Shown one piece after another: positions 34,866 to 48,226 of a stretch of 64,000 nt of DNA. Each line of letters opens with the position of its first letter. The first letter of the stretch is position 1. The notes below the pieces were generated by a model. That model saw nothing but the letters and a program-made list of their open reading frames with translations, was not told where the DNA came from and made no database searches. Origin of the DNA: Macrostomum lignano (Eukaryota). The position numbers and the translations under genes were made by a program. The stretch covers positions 62,001 to 126,000 of the forward strand of contig NIVC01000266.1 of the NCBI GenBank assembly GCA_002269645.1, read 5' to 3'.

Positions 34866-37800
34866 CAGGGAGGTGGCGATTCTTAGGGGGGGGGTTGCGA
34901 TTCTCAGGGGGTGGCGATTCTCAGGGGGTGGCGATTCTCAGGGGGTGGCGATTCTCAGGGGGTGGCGATTCTCAGGGGGGTGGCGATTCTCAGGGGGGTG
35001 GCAATTCTCAGGGGGGTGGCGATTCTCAGGGGGTGGCGATTCTCAGGGGGTTGCGATTCTCAGGGGGTGGCGATTCTCAGGGGGGTGGCGATTCTCAGGG
35101 GGTGGCGATTCTCAGGGGGGTGGCGATTCTCAGGGGGTGGCGATTCTCAGGGGGGTGGCGATTCTCAGGGGGTGGCGATTCTCAGGGGTGGCGATTCTCA
35201 GGGGGTGGCGATTCTCAGGGGGGTGGCGATTCTCAGGGGGTGGCAATTCTCAGGGGGGTGGCGATTCTCAGGGGGTGGCGATTCTCAGGGGGTGGCGATT
35301 CTCAGGGGGTGGCGATTCTCAGGGGGGTGGCGATTCTCAGGGGGTGGCGATTCTCAGGGGGTGGCGATTCTCAGGGGTGGCGATTCTCAGGGGGTGGCGA
35401 TTCTCAGGGGGTGGCGATTCTCAGGGAGGTGGCGATTCTCAGGGGGGTGGCGATTCTTAGGGGGGGGGTTGCGATTCTCAGGGGGTGGCGATTCTCAGGG
35501 GGTGGCGATTCTCAGGGGGTGGCGATCCTCAGGGGGTGGCGATTCTTAGGGGGTGGCGATTCTCAGGGGGTGGCGATTCTTAGGGGGGGGTTGCGATTCT
35601 CAGGGGGTGGCGATTCTCAGGGGGGTGGCGATTCTCAGGGGGTGGCGATCCTCAGGGGGTGGCGATTCTTAGGGGGTGGCGATTCTTAGGGGGGGGTTGC
35701 GATTCTCAGGGGGTGGCGATTCTCAGGGGGTGGCGATTCTCAGGGGGTGGCGATTCTCAGGGAGGTGGCGATTCTTAGGGGGGGTTGCGATTCTCAGGGG
35801 GTGGCGATTCTCAGGGGGTGGCGATTCTCAGGGGGTGGCGATCCTCAGGGGGTGGCGATTCTTAGGGGGTGGCGATTCTTAGGGGGGGGGTTGCGATTCT
35901 CAGGGGGTGGCGATTCTCAGGGGGTGGCGATTCTCAGGGGGTGGCGATTCTCAGGGAGGTGGCGATTCTCAGGTGGCGATTCTCAGGGAGGTGGCGATTC
36001 TTAGGGGGGGGGTTGCGATTCTCAGGGGGTGGCGATTCTCAGGGGGTGGCGATCCTCAGGGGGTGGCGATTCTTAGGGGGGTGGCGATTTTCAGGGGTGG
36101 CGATTCTCAGGGGGTGGCGATTCTCAGGGGGTGGCGATTCTCAGGGAGGTGGCGATTCTTAGGGGGTGGCGATTCTCAGGGGAGGTGGCGATTCTCAGGG
36201 GGTGGCGATCCTCAGGGGGTGGCGATTCTTAGGGGGTGGCGATTCTTAGGGGGGGGGTTGCGATTCTCAGGGGGTGGCGATTCTCAGGGGGTGGCGATTC
36301 TCAGGGGGGTGGCGATTCTCAGGGAGGTGGCGATTCTCAGGGAGGTGGCGATTCTTAGGGGGGGGGTTGCGATTCTCAGGGGGTGGCGATTCTCAGGGGG
36401 TGGCGATCCTCAGGGGGTGGCGATTCTTAGGGGGGTGGCGATTTTCAGGGGTGGCGATTCTCAGGGGGTGGCGATTCTCAGGGGGTGGCGATTCTCAGGG
36501 AGGTGGCGATTCTTAGGGGGTGGCGATTCTCAGGGGAGGTGGCGATTCTCAGGGGGTGGCGATTCTCAGGGGGGTGGCGATTCTTAGGGGGTGGCGATTC
36601 TTAGGGGGGGTTGCGATTCTCAGGGGGTGGCGATTCTCAGGGGGGTGGCGATTCTCAGGGAGGTGGCGATTCTCAGGGGGGTGGCGATTCTCAGGGAGGT
36701 GGCGATTCTTAGGGGGGGTTGCGATTCTCAGGGGGTGGCGATTTTCAGGGGGTGGCGATTCTCAGGGGGGTGGCGATCCTCAGGGGGTGGCGATTCTTAG
36801 GGGGGTGGCGATTTTCAGGGGTGGCGTTTCTCAGGGGGTGGCGATTCTCAGGGAGGTGGCGATTCTTAGGGGGGTTGCGATTCTCAGGGGGTGGCGATTT
36901 TCAGGGGGTGGCGATTCTCAGGGGGGTGGCGATCCTCAGGGGGTGGCGATTCTTAGGGGGGTGGCGATTTTCAGGGGTGGCGATTCTCAGGGGGTGGCGA
37001 TTCTCAGGGAGGTGGCGATTCTTAGGGGGTGGCGATTCTCAGGGGTGGCGATTCTCAGGGAGGTGGCGATTCTCAGGGGTGGCGATTCTCAGGGGGGTGG
37101 CGATTCTCAGGGGGTGGCGATTCTCAGGGGGTGGCGATTCTCAGGGGGGTGACGATTCTCAGGGGGGTGGCGATTCTCGGGGAGGTGGCGATTCCTAGGG
37201 GGGTTGCGATTCTCAGGGGGTGGCGATCCTCAGGGGGTGGCGATTCTTAGGGGGGTTGCGATTCTCAGGGGGTGGCGATTCTCAGGGGGGTGGCGATTCT
37301 CAGGGGGGTGGCGATTCTCAGGAAGTGGCGATTCTCAGGGGGTGGCGATTCTCAGGGGGGGGGGTGGCGATTCTCAGGGGGTGGAAATTCTCAGGGGGAG
37401 GGTGGCGATTCTCAGGGGGGTGGCGATTCTCAGGGGGGTGGCGATTCTCGGGGAGGTGGCGATTCCTAGGGGGGGTTGCGATTCTCAGGGGGTGGCGATC
37501 CTCAGGGGGTGGCGATTCTTAGGGGGGGTTGCGATTCTCAGGGGGTGGCGATTCTTAGGGGGGGTTGCGATTCTCAGGGGGTGGCGATTCTCAGGGGGTG
37601 GCGATTCTCAGGGGGTGGCGATTCTCAGGAAGTGGCGATTCTCAGGGGGTGGAAATTCTCAGGGGGAGGGTGGCGATTCTCAGGGGGGTGGCGATTCTCA
37701 GGGGGGTGGCGATTCTCGGGGAGGTGGCGATTCCTAGGGGGGGTTGCGATTCTCAGGGGGTGGCGATCCTCAGGGGGTGGCGATTCTTAGGGGGGGTTGC

Positions 37801-38265
37801 GATTCTCAGGGGGTGGCGATTCTTAGGGGGGGTTGCGATTCTTAGGGGGGGTTGCGATTCTCAGGGGGTGGCGATTCTCAGGGGGGTGGCGATTCTCAGG
37901 AAGTGGCGATTCTCAGGGGGTGGCGATTCTCAGGGGGGGGGGTGGCGATTCTCAGGGGGTGGAAATTCTCAGGGGGAGGGTGGCGATTCTCAGGGGGTGG
38001 CGATTCTCAGGGGGTGGCGATTCTCAGGGGGGTGGCGATTCTCAGGGGGTGGAAATTCTCAGGGGGTGGCGATTCTCAGGGGGTGGCGATTCTCAGGGGG
38101 TGGCGATTCTCAGAGGGGTGGCGATTCTCAGGGGGGTTGCGATTCTCAGGGGGGTTGCGATTCTCAGGGGGAGGGTGGCGATATTCAGGGGGAGGGTGGC
38201 AATATTCAGAGAAGGTGACGATTTCAGGGGGGGGGTGGCGATTCTCAGGGGGTGGTGATTCTCAG
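34866..38265. repeat. G-rich 18-20-bp minisatellite (GGTGGCGATTCTCAGGG(G)n), 3.4 kb
   Basis: Tandem array; the VAILRG/GGDSQ ORFs are artefacts. Confidence 0.97.
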
Positions 38266-38413
38266 TAGTAACTCATAAGCATTGCTAATCAAATCAATAA
38301 ATATAATTGGAGCAAGGCGATTTACTAATTATTTATGATCAGCAGCGAGAACACATCGCAAACTAATAATCCATTTCTGCAACACAAGTGACTAAATTTG
38401 AATCTCAGTTGGT

Positions 38414-39197
38414 TCAAGCCTCATCATTAGCTTTGCTGTAGCTCTGCCGCCTGATGCCGCCTCCGCCGCCACTGCCCGTGTCGCTTCCGATGCTGCCGCC
38501 GCCTCCGCCGAGCTGGCCAACGCCAGGGCCCACCTTGCTGTTATTCAAGGAGGCGGAACCGCCGCTACAGACGCTGTAGTGATAAGTTGATGACGGCGGG
38601 TCCAGCGAGGAGTAGGCAGGCGAGCCAGCGTCCAGGTGGGTGGCCGCGGCTGGTCGGTAGGGATGCTGGTGAGGATGCTGATGCTGATGATGATGAAGCG
38701 GATGCTGCAGCGATGAAGAGCCGGATCCTGGCGCGGACATGAGCGAGACCAGCTGCTTGTCCGGCTCGGGTTTCTGGTTAGCGCAGCCAAGGTGGTTGCT
38801 GGGGCTGATCATCTTGGAGGCGTAGGGCAGCGAGTAGGTCAGCGGCTTGGACCGCTCGGCCGCCAGGCGGCCGCTGCCGCTGCCGATGCTGCCTCGGCCG
38901 CCGCCGCCACTGCCGCTGCCGCCTCCGTTGCCACTGGAATCCGAGTCCAGACTAAGCGAGGGCTTGTGCTGCTGCTGCTGCTGCAGGTGATGTTGCTGAA
39001 GCAGAGGCATCTGGTAGCGGTCTGACTCCGGCAGGACGTCAAACCCGCCGCAGGAGTCTTTGTCACCCTGCAGGCAGGCCTTCTCCTCGGGCAGAGTGAA
39101 CAGCGTGGGGTCCGTCTGGTTGCTGGAGTTGCACACAATCACAGGCGTTTTGGATGATGCCAGGCCGGGGTGGCCGCTCTTCGTGTCCAGGCCGTAT
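38414..39197 (-). CDS. ADAM-like gene, last exon (low-complexity cytoplasmic tail)
   Basis: Acceptor CCCCGCAG|A (phase 2); 784 nt to TGA; poly-Q/G/H tracts. Confidence 0.78.
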
Positions 39198-39274
39198 CTG
39201 CGGGGTCGGGGAGAGAAACTCAAAATTTACTTCTGATGTTCATTTGTTCTACTGACAGTAGGCTATGTGTGAAC

Positions 39275-39480
39275 TAAAACCAACTCAAGATACTAGTAAA
39301 ACCAGCTCAAGCTACTAGTAAAGCCAACTCAAACTGCTAGTGAAACCAATTCAAAAAGCTACTAGTAAAAGCAACTCAAGCTACTAGTAAAACAAACTCA
39401 AGATACTAGTAAAAGCAACTCAAGCTACTAGTAAAGCCAACTCAAAAGCTACTAGTAAAACCAACTCAAGCTATTAGTAA
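39275..39480. repeat. Intronic ~22-bp minisatellite (AAGCTACTAGTAAAACCAACTC)
   Basis: Tandem array in an ADAM intron. Confidence 0.85.
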
Positions 39481-39516
39481 AGCAGCTTTCTACTCAACCA
39501 GCGCACAGATTCGCAC

Positions 39517-39712
39517 CTGCTATGCAGATCCTCATCATACTCGTCATCCAGGGTGGACAGGGAGCCGGACAGGCCGATCTGCTGGTTCAGCAGGTTGGCC
39601 ATCTCTTGCAGTTCGCCGACCTCTTTGTTCCGCAGGATGCCCTTTTCGGGCGGCGGCGGCTCAGCGGACGGAGCGAAAAGCGGCGGTGGAGACGCTCCCG
39701 CCAGCTGCTGCA

Positions 39713-39743
<31 letters not shown>

Positions 39744-39973
39744 CTGCTGCTGCTGCAACAAGAACTGGTTGCTCTGCGGCGACTCTACCGATCGCTTGTA
39801 ACCGCTGCCAACGTAAGACACAGGCGACGCATCGCCGGCACTGCTGCCGCCACCGCCGCCGCCGCGACCAGACGGTGCAAAAGTGATGGTGCGCTGCGGG
39901 TAACTAGAAAAGTCCTGGCCATCGCTCAGGTTATTGCGGCACAGGTCCTCCCGCTTGCGGTGCTTGCCGCGGC
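39517..39973 (-). CDS. ADAM-like gene, cytoplasmic exon (poly-Q)
   Basis: Acceptor CGCCAG|GC and donor AG|GTGCGA; 457 nt, phases 1/2 match neighbouring exons. Confidence 0.78.
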
Positions 39974-40109
39974 CTGGCGACAGGGAGGGGGTGGGGAGAA
40001 ATCGGGCGTTTTTTATATGGCTGATTCATTAATGGCCCCAATGGAGGGGCAAATTGGCTAGTCTAATATACTAAAAAGTTATTTCTAGTGTAGTGTCTGT
40101 AGTGTGTCT

Positions 40110-40545
40110 AAACTACTTAGGTCTCAGTTGTCTTAAGTGTCTCTGGTGTGCCCAAAGTGTTCCAGGTGTGTCCAAAGTATCCAAGGTGTGTCTAAAGTGC
40201 CTCAGATATATCTAAAGTGTTTCAGGCGTGTCCAAAATATCTCAGGTGTATCTAAAGTAGCTCAGATATGTCTAAAGTATCTCTGATATGTCTAAAGTTT
40301 CTCAGATGTGTCTAAGTGTCTCAGATGTGTCTGAAGTGTCTCAGATGTGTCTAAAGTGTCTCAGATGTGTCTAAAGGGTCTCAGATGTGTCTAAAGTGTC
40401 TCAGATGTGTCTAAAGGGTCTCAGATGTGTCTAAAGTGTCTCAGATGTGTCTAAAGTGTCTCAGATGTGTCTAAAGTGTCTCAGATGTGTCTAAAGGGTC
40501 TCAGATGTGTCTAAGTGTCTTAGGTGTTTCGAAAGTGTTCTAGGT
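40110..40545. repeat. Intronic 20-bp minisatellite (TCTCAGATGTGTCTAAAGTG)
   Basis: Tandem array, degenerate at the left edge. Confidence 0.9.
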
Positions 40546-40598
40546 GTGTCAAAAACAATTTGAGCAAAATGAACAATCAATAATCATCATTGGCCAAC

Positions 40599-41251
40599 CA
40601 TTTGAGCCGCCGCCTGGGCCGCCGCCTCCAATAGGATGACCGTTGGCGCTGGACGAGGAGGAGCCGCGCGACCGGCAGCAGAACACCACGACGGCGATGA
40701 CCAGCAGCAGCGCCAGCGCCACGGCACCGACAATCCCGATCAGAATGACGGTCGTCACTGTCGGGTCGGGCTTGCCGGAGCCGTTGGCGCCGGCTCCCAT
40801 ACCGTTGCTGGAGTCGCGCATTCGCCAGTAGACCGTCTGCAACGGAGTGGCAGCGGCGACGGCGGCGGCTCTGGAGCAGGCAGGGCCGGACCAGCCTGGC
40901 CGACACAGGCAGTCACCGGCGCTAGTGCACACGCCCCGTTCCAAGCACGCCGCGCCAGCTGTCGACGCCGTCGAGGGCGATGTCGATGAAGAAGAATCGT
41001 CATCGACAACTGCAATGTCGCTGTCGCTGTGTCGGCATTTGTCGGTGACGCCGCCGGAGCGACTCGTTGCGGCGACAAACTCAGACATGGGTCTGCACTG
41101 GCCGGCCAGACAGGCGCCCGGTTCGGCGCCATTGAGCTGGCAGAGGGTGCCGTTAGCCACGGGCACGTTTGGGCGGAGAAATTTGCAGGTAACTGAGCTG
41201 CTCTTCTGGGCCTGCTGAATGGACCAGGAGTTCGTCACCGAGCCGGAGTAT
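40599..41251 (-). CDS. ADAM-like gene: Cys-rich end, EGF domain, transmembrane helix
   Basis: NGTLC...GACLAGQC; EGF CLERGVCTSAGDCLCRPGWSGPAC; TM VILIGIVGAVALALLLVIAVVVFCC. 653 nt, phases 2/1. Confidence 0.88.
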
Positions 41252-41332
41252 CTGGGGGGGGGGGCAAGGTGGATTTAATTTTTTTATAAGGCTTACACGG
41301 TTTACGCAGATGTGCAGCAAATGCAATTCTCG

Positions 41333-42424
41333 CAAAACTGGCACTGTCTCCTCTCTCTGTGTGACAATAAACTGGCACTGTCTCCTCTCTCTGTGTGACA
41401 ATAAACTGGCACTGTCTCCTCTCTCTGTGTGACAATAAACTGGCACTGTCTCCTCTCTCTGTGACAATAAACTGGCACTGTCTCCTCTCTGTGTGACAAT
41501 AAACTGGCACTGTCTCCTCTCTCTGTGACAATAAACTGGCACTGTCTCCTCTCTGTGTGACAATAAACTGGCACTGTCTCCTCTCTCTGTGACAATAAAC
41601 TGGCACTGTCTCCTCTCTGTGTGACAATAAACTGGCACTGTCTCCTCTCTGTGTGACAATAAACTGGCACTGTCTCCTCTCTGTGTGACAATAAACTGGC
41701 ACTGTCTCCTCTCTGTGTGACAATAAACTGGCACTGTCTCCTCTCTCTGTGTGACAATAAACTGGCACTGTCTCCTCTCTCTGTGTGACAATAAACTGGC
41801 ACTGTCTCCTCTCTCTGTGACAATAAACTGGCACTGTCTCCTCTCTGTGTGACAATAAACTGGCACTGTCTCCTCTCTCTGTGTGACAATAAACTGGCAC
41901 TGTCTCCTCTCTCTGTGTGACAATAAACTGGCACTGTCTCCTCTCTCTGTGTGACAATAAACTGGCACTGTCTCCTCTCTGTGTGACAATAAACTGGCAC
42001 TGTCTCCTCTCTGTGTGACAATAAACTGGCACTGTCTCCTCTCTCTGTGACAATAAACTGGCACTGTCTCCTCTCTGTGTGACAATAAACTGGCACTGTC
42101 TCCTCTCTGTGTGACAATAAACTGGCACTGTCTCCTCTCTGTGTGACAATAAACTGGCACTGTCTCCTCTCTCTGTGTGACAATAAACTGGCACTGTCTC
42201 CTCTCTCTGTGTGACAATAAACTGGCACTGTCTCCTCTCTCTGTGTGACAATAAACTGGCACTGTCTCCTCTCTCTGTGACAATAAACTGGCACTGTCTC
42301 CTCTCTGTGTGACAATAAACTGGCACTGTCTCCTCTCTCTGTGTGACAATAAACTGGCACTGTCTCCTCTCTGTGTGACAATAAACTGGCACTGTCTCCT
42401 CTCTGTGTGACAATTAACTGGCAC
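41333..42424. repeat. Intronic 32-34-bp minisatellite (ATAAACTGGCACTGTCTCCTCTCTGTGTGACA)
   Basis: Tandem array; the 359-428-aa ORFs here are artefacts. Confidence 0.96.
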
Positions 42425-42439
42425 CAAAAATAAACTCAC

Positions 42440-42999
42440 ATGGGATTCGCGGGGCCGCCATCACCATCGTGATGGCAGATGAGGTTGGTGCAAGGATTCC
42501 AGACCGTGTTGGTGTAGCACTCCTGAGCGCCGGCCCGAGCCCCCGGCCCCCAGACGGCGCGGCACTGAGCGGCCAGGTCCGAGCAGGAGCCGCCGTGGCA
42601 GACGCCGGACCCGTCGGGGCACATCTGACCGTCGGCGAAGCGCAGATCGGCGGGGCACCGACTGGAGCGGCCGTCGCAGACTTCGGGCAGGTCGCACTGG
42701 CTGTTGGGCTGGCGGCACACGTGGCCAGCAGGGCGGAGCCGGCAGCCGGAGCAGCACTCGCCGCGGCGGCAGTTGGCCCAGTGGCTCAGCAGGCACAGGC
42801 TGGGATCGCAGCAGGGGTCGCCGGCGCTTCCCCGATGGACGGGTCGCATTCTTCGCTGCGCTCCAGCCGGCCGTTGCCGCAGTGCGGCTCCGGGCGGGGC
42901 TGCTCGGGAAAGCGGAGACAATCGGCGATCTTTGTCTGCAGGGCCGCTTCCAGACGGCGGACGTTGGCAGGCAGTTGGAACAGCTGGTTCAGGTCGCAC
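42440..42999 (-). CDS. ADAM-like gene: disintegrin/Cys-rich exon (1-nt frameshift at 42830-42833)
   Basis: CGNGRLERSEECD, PCCD...GECC...C, CDLPEVCDGRSSRCPAD. The exon is 560 nt but splice phases require 561; one extra G in the G4 run restores the frame. Confidence 0.88.
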
Positions 43000-43029
43000 C
43001 TGAGGAGTGGGGTGTGCGGCAAAAATGAG

Positions 43030-43895
43030 ATTAGGGTGAGACTACGATGAGGCTGGGGTTAGACTAGAATGAGACGGGGTGAGACTTGGGTGAGACCGGG
43101 ACGAGACTTAGGTGTGAATAGGATGGTGCTGGGTTGAGACTAGGGTAAGACTGGGGTGAAATGCGAGTGAGACTAGGATGAAATTGGGTTAAGATGGAGG
43201 TGAGACAGGGTTGAGATGAGATGAGATAGATGAGATAAGACTGGGATTAGATAAGATAAGATGAGACTGAAATGATGAGATGAGATAAGACTTAGATGAA
43301 ATGAGACGAGATGAGACTGGGATGAGATGAGATAGTTGAGGCTCGATGAGACTGGGATGAGATGAGATAGGTGAGAAGAGATGAGACTGGGATGAGATGA
43401 GATAGTTAAGGCTCGATGAGACTGGGATGAGATGAGATAGGTGAGAAGAGATGAGACTGGGATGAGATGAGATAGGTGAGAAGAGATGAGACTGGGATGA
43501 GATGAGATAGGTGAGAAGAGATGAGACTGGGATGAGATCAGATAGGTGAGACTCGATAAGACTGGGATGAGATGAGATAGGTGAGAAGAGATAAGACTGG
43601 GATGAGATAAGACTGGGATGAGATGAGATAGGCGAGAAGAGATGAGACTGGAATGAGATGTGATAGGTGAGAAGAGATGAGATGAGATAGGTGAGAAGAG
43701 ATGAGACTGGGATGAGATGAGATAGGTGAGACTCGATAAGACTGGGATGAGATGAGATAGGTGAGAAGAGATGAGACTGGAATGAGATGTGATAGGTGAG
43801 ACTCGATAAGACTGGGATGAGATCAGATAGGTGAGAAGAGATAAGACTGGGATGAGATCAGATAGGTGAGAAGAGATGAGACTGGAATGAGATGT
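43030..43895. repeat. Intronic GATGA/GAGAT-rich compound repeat
   Basis: Degenerate purine-rich tandem array. Confidence 0.88.
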
Positions 43896-44734
43896 GAATG
43901 CAAGAGCGCCAGAGAGGGAGCTGCTGAAGCCACATTCACTGCAACCCCCCAGCATGAACTGAGCTCAAAAGTAGCGCTGGGCTACAGAAAAGTGCAGATT
44001 CAAAGCAGCTCAGGTGAGCGCTCAGTTCTGGCAAGCACAAGTCCAAGCCAATATTCGATATAAGCCGGCTTTCGCTACTCTCAAAGCAAATCCCCAGCTT
44101 TCCTGTTCAAACAACACAGAAAACCACAGAGAGCGCCATTTTAGGATTAACGTGTTATCAATCAAGCAGCCCCCCCGCCTGCCTAGAAGACAGTTCTCAG
44201 AGGATGGAAAAGTTTAAACTTAGAAAAAAAATCGAATGCTGCAACAAAAACAACAACAAAAAAATGGATACAAAAATCCACCGTCAAAGAAGAAATGTCG
44301 GGGCCATTAAAGCCGGTTTTTTTCTGGCTTACACGCAATTCGATGTTTTATAACTCCCCGATACAGCGGATGGCGCTGGGGGAGGCGGGGGATGGGGGTG
44401 GGGAGAAACATCCCCCGTCCTCGCTGTTTTCTTTGCATTTCCTCTTATTCATCATCAACTGCTTCGGCTGGAGGGCGGAGGATTCCTCTAGCGTATTACT
44501 GAACCTGGGCTTAAACACACACAGACAGAGGAAAAGGGGGAGCGGAAGGCAGAGTGGGGTGATAGGTTTTTCACTTATTTTTCCTATTTTTCCTTTTTCC
44601 GTCTTTCTCTCTCTCAATATTTTTCAATTCACGACCCGCAGGCCTTCAAAACGCGAGAGGTCAGGTCACGGGTCCAAAATATTGTAGATTTGCGAGCTGC
44701 CTGAATGGAGTTGCTTAGTGTAGTGCATAACTGA

Positions 44735-45068
44735 CTGACCGAGCCCCTCCTGACACCCCAACCTCAAGAGGCTCACCTGACACTCCAACCTCAAGAGCCC
44801 CTCCTGACACCCCAAACTCAAGAACCCGTCCTGACACCCCCAGCCTCAAGAGCCCCTCCTGACACCCCAAACTCAAGAACCCGTCCTGACACCCCCAGCC
44901 TCAAGAGCCCCTCCTGACACCCCAAACTCAAGAACCCGTCCTGACACCCCCAGCCTCAAGAGCCCCTCCTGACACCCCAACCTCAAGAACCCGTCCTGAC
45001 ACCCCCAACCTCAAGAGCCCCTCCTGACACCCCCAACCTCAAGAGCCCCTCCGGACACCCCAACCTCA
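44735..45068. repeat. Intronic 28-29-bp minisatellite (CTCAAGAGCCCCTCCTGACACCCC), partly alternating dimer
   Basis: Tandem array close to the donor at 45091. Confidence 0.9.
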
Positions 45069-45091
45069 GAGCAGAACCAAAGGCCACTCAC

Positions 45092-45522
45092 TCGCTGTCG
45101 CTGGCGCAGGGAAAGGCCAGCATGCCGAACTGCTCAGCAACTGCCAGAGACATCAGTTTGGCAACGTGCAGCTCGTCAGCCAGATTGGTGACTTGGACAA
45201 CACTGACGGCCCGGCTGGTGCACACGCTGTCCGGCACGCTCAGGTGCTCGGTGTTGGCCACGAACACCTGCGAGCTGAGCAGCAGCAATGAGTCGAATGT
45301 CCGATCGCGCTCCCGGGCAGTCTCAGCCAGGGAATAGTTTAAAAGGCCGTGCAGCGTAGCCCGAATATCGCTGCTGATTGGGAATTGATCCTCGAGGTTC
45401 CAAACTTCTACTAGAAGCAGGGAGACTGCAACACGGGTTGGGGCAAAGTATTTCCCCATCAGGTTGGTGAGCCGGCCGCTCAGCAACTGGGATCTGTCCA
45501 TTGTCCGGTCGAGACTGGAGAA
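45092..45522 (-). CDS. ADAM-like gene: reprolysin (M12B) domain exon without the zinc motif
   Basis: VEVWNLEDQ, FDSLLLLS, SVCTSRAVSVVQ; LMSLAVAEQFGMLAF lies where HExxHxxGxxH is expected. 431 nt, phases 0/2. Confidence 0.85.
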
Positions 45523-45589
45523 CTGCGGAGTGGGATAAAGATCCAAAAAATTGAAATTTTTTGGTTTACTGAGGTCAAGAGCTTTCTCG

Positions 45590-46060
45590 ACTGTGGGAGG
45601 GTCAACTGAGCCCCTTGTAGTTGTAGCTTTCTACAACTAAATTGTGGGAGGGCCAACTGACCCCCTTTTAGTTGTAGCTTTCTACAACTAAATTGTGGGA
45701 GGGCCAACTGACCCCCTTTTAGTTGTAGCTTTCTCGACTGTGGGAGGGCCAACTGACCCCCTTTTAGTTGTAGCTTTCTACAACTAAATTGTGGGATGGT
45801 CAACTGACCCCCTTTAGCTTTAGCTTTCTACAACTAAATTGTGGGATGGTCAACTGACCCCCTTTAGCTTTAGCTTTCTACAACTAAATTGTGAGATGGT
45901 CAACTGACCCCCTTTAGCTGTAGCTTTCTTCAACTAAATTGTGGGATGGTCAACTGACCCCCTTTAGCTGTAGCTTTCTTCAACTAAATTGTGGGATGGT
46001 CAACTGACCCCCTTTAGCTGTAGCTTTCTTCAACTAAATTGTGGGATGGTCAACTGATCA
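45590..46060. repeat. Intronic ~50-bp minisatellite (GTCAACTGACCCCCTTTAGCTGTAGCTTTC...)
   Basis: Tandem array. Confidence 0.9.
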
Positions 46061-46194
46061 CCTTGGGGTTTTTGCTTTCGTTATTATTGCAGGGTTGCCT
46101 GACCCCCTAGTCTAATTGAGGGAAGGTCAACTGACCCCCTCAGGGTTGCAGCTGTCTCGATTGAAGGAGCAACTTAGATCAAGCACTGCCTCAC

Positions 46195-46651
46195 CAGCTG
46201 GTGGTCCACAATGATTCCAAGCCGCAGTTTGAAGTCCTTGGACGGTATCTGGCCAGGCTGCCAGCCGAGCTTGAGCCGGTCCAGAATCTGCTCGGGCACA
46301 ATCCGGGGCTCGCTGAGAGCGGTGAATGAAGTGTAGAAAATCTGCACATTGGGATCCCGGGTGATGTTCTGATTCAATCGCGGATCAGCCAGGCCGTAGC
46401 GCATCACAAAATACGGCTTGTAGGGCCGGCACTGGGTGCACAGAACTGGCAGGATGACGTACTCCAAGCCCTGATAGGTGAAGTAGCCGTGCATGATTTT
46501 CTTGCACAGGTCAACATAAGCTGAGCCTTGGTAACGGCCGTGCTGCTTCACTCGGCCAGTGTAATAGCAGTGCGGCATGCTGCCCGAGACCATGATGCTG
46601 CCGCGGACTCGCCAGTGGCGCACTTGGAATTTGTCCGAGATGTCCAGCACC
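46195..46651 (-). CDS. ADAM-like gene: prodomain exon (upstream exons not resolved)
   Basis: Prodomain motif HCYYTGRV...SAYVDLC...GYF...YVILP. Acceptor ACTCCAG|G and donor CTG|GTGAGG; 457 nt. Confidence 0.82.
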
Positions 46652-47301
46652 CTGGAGTAAGGAATAGATAGCAAAATAGGTAAACAGCCAGAGTAATTTG
46701 AATGCCTTTGTAAGGCCTAATGCCTCGCCAGCTTAGTAGTGTAAAAAATTGTCTGCAGGTAAACAGCGAGAGTAACGCGCTTGTTGTTACCCTATCAGAT
46801 GCTTCGTCATCTTATTAGACGAGTTGATTTCAAGGTCGGCAATTTAACGTTTTTACCGAAACGAAGAGAAGCTGAAGTGGAATTTTGAACTTAAGAGAAA
46901 ACTTCCTTCAGTAAGTAATTAGTCTTAAGTATCGTTTCTTGATTTTGATTTGAGCAATTTGCTGAGCAGGGTGCGGGGCCATAGGAAAAGTCGCTAGCTG
47001 TGAGTCACTCAATTCGCATATAAAAGCCTTTTTGAAAGCAGCACGAAGAGAAAAAAGAAGTCTAGGTTCAAATTACCTGCTGAATGTTCCCCACTTCGAT
47101 TCACCCTGAACTGAACAGGAGCCTCCAATTAAAGTTCAATTTTGCCTTAACAATGTAAATAATTGGCTACATTAAACCACTATAATGAGGCTGCGGTTGC
47201 AAGTATTTAATTATGCATGAAGCCGAATCAGACAATAAAGTTTATCTCTTTGTATGCATCTTGCTAACTTCAAGGATCTCTGATAGCTGTCATCTGGACT
47301 G

Positions 47302-48226
<925 letters not shown>

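Noticed and set aside
34873-38268. Many Gly-rich ORFs, and an interstitial telomere interpretation
   Set aside because: The ORFs are repeat translations. TTAGGG occurs only as a variant inside an 18-20-bp unit, not as a tandem hexamer.
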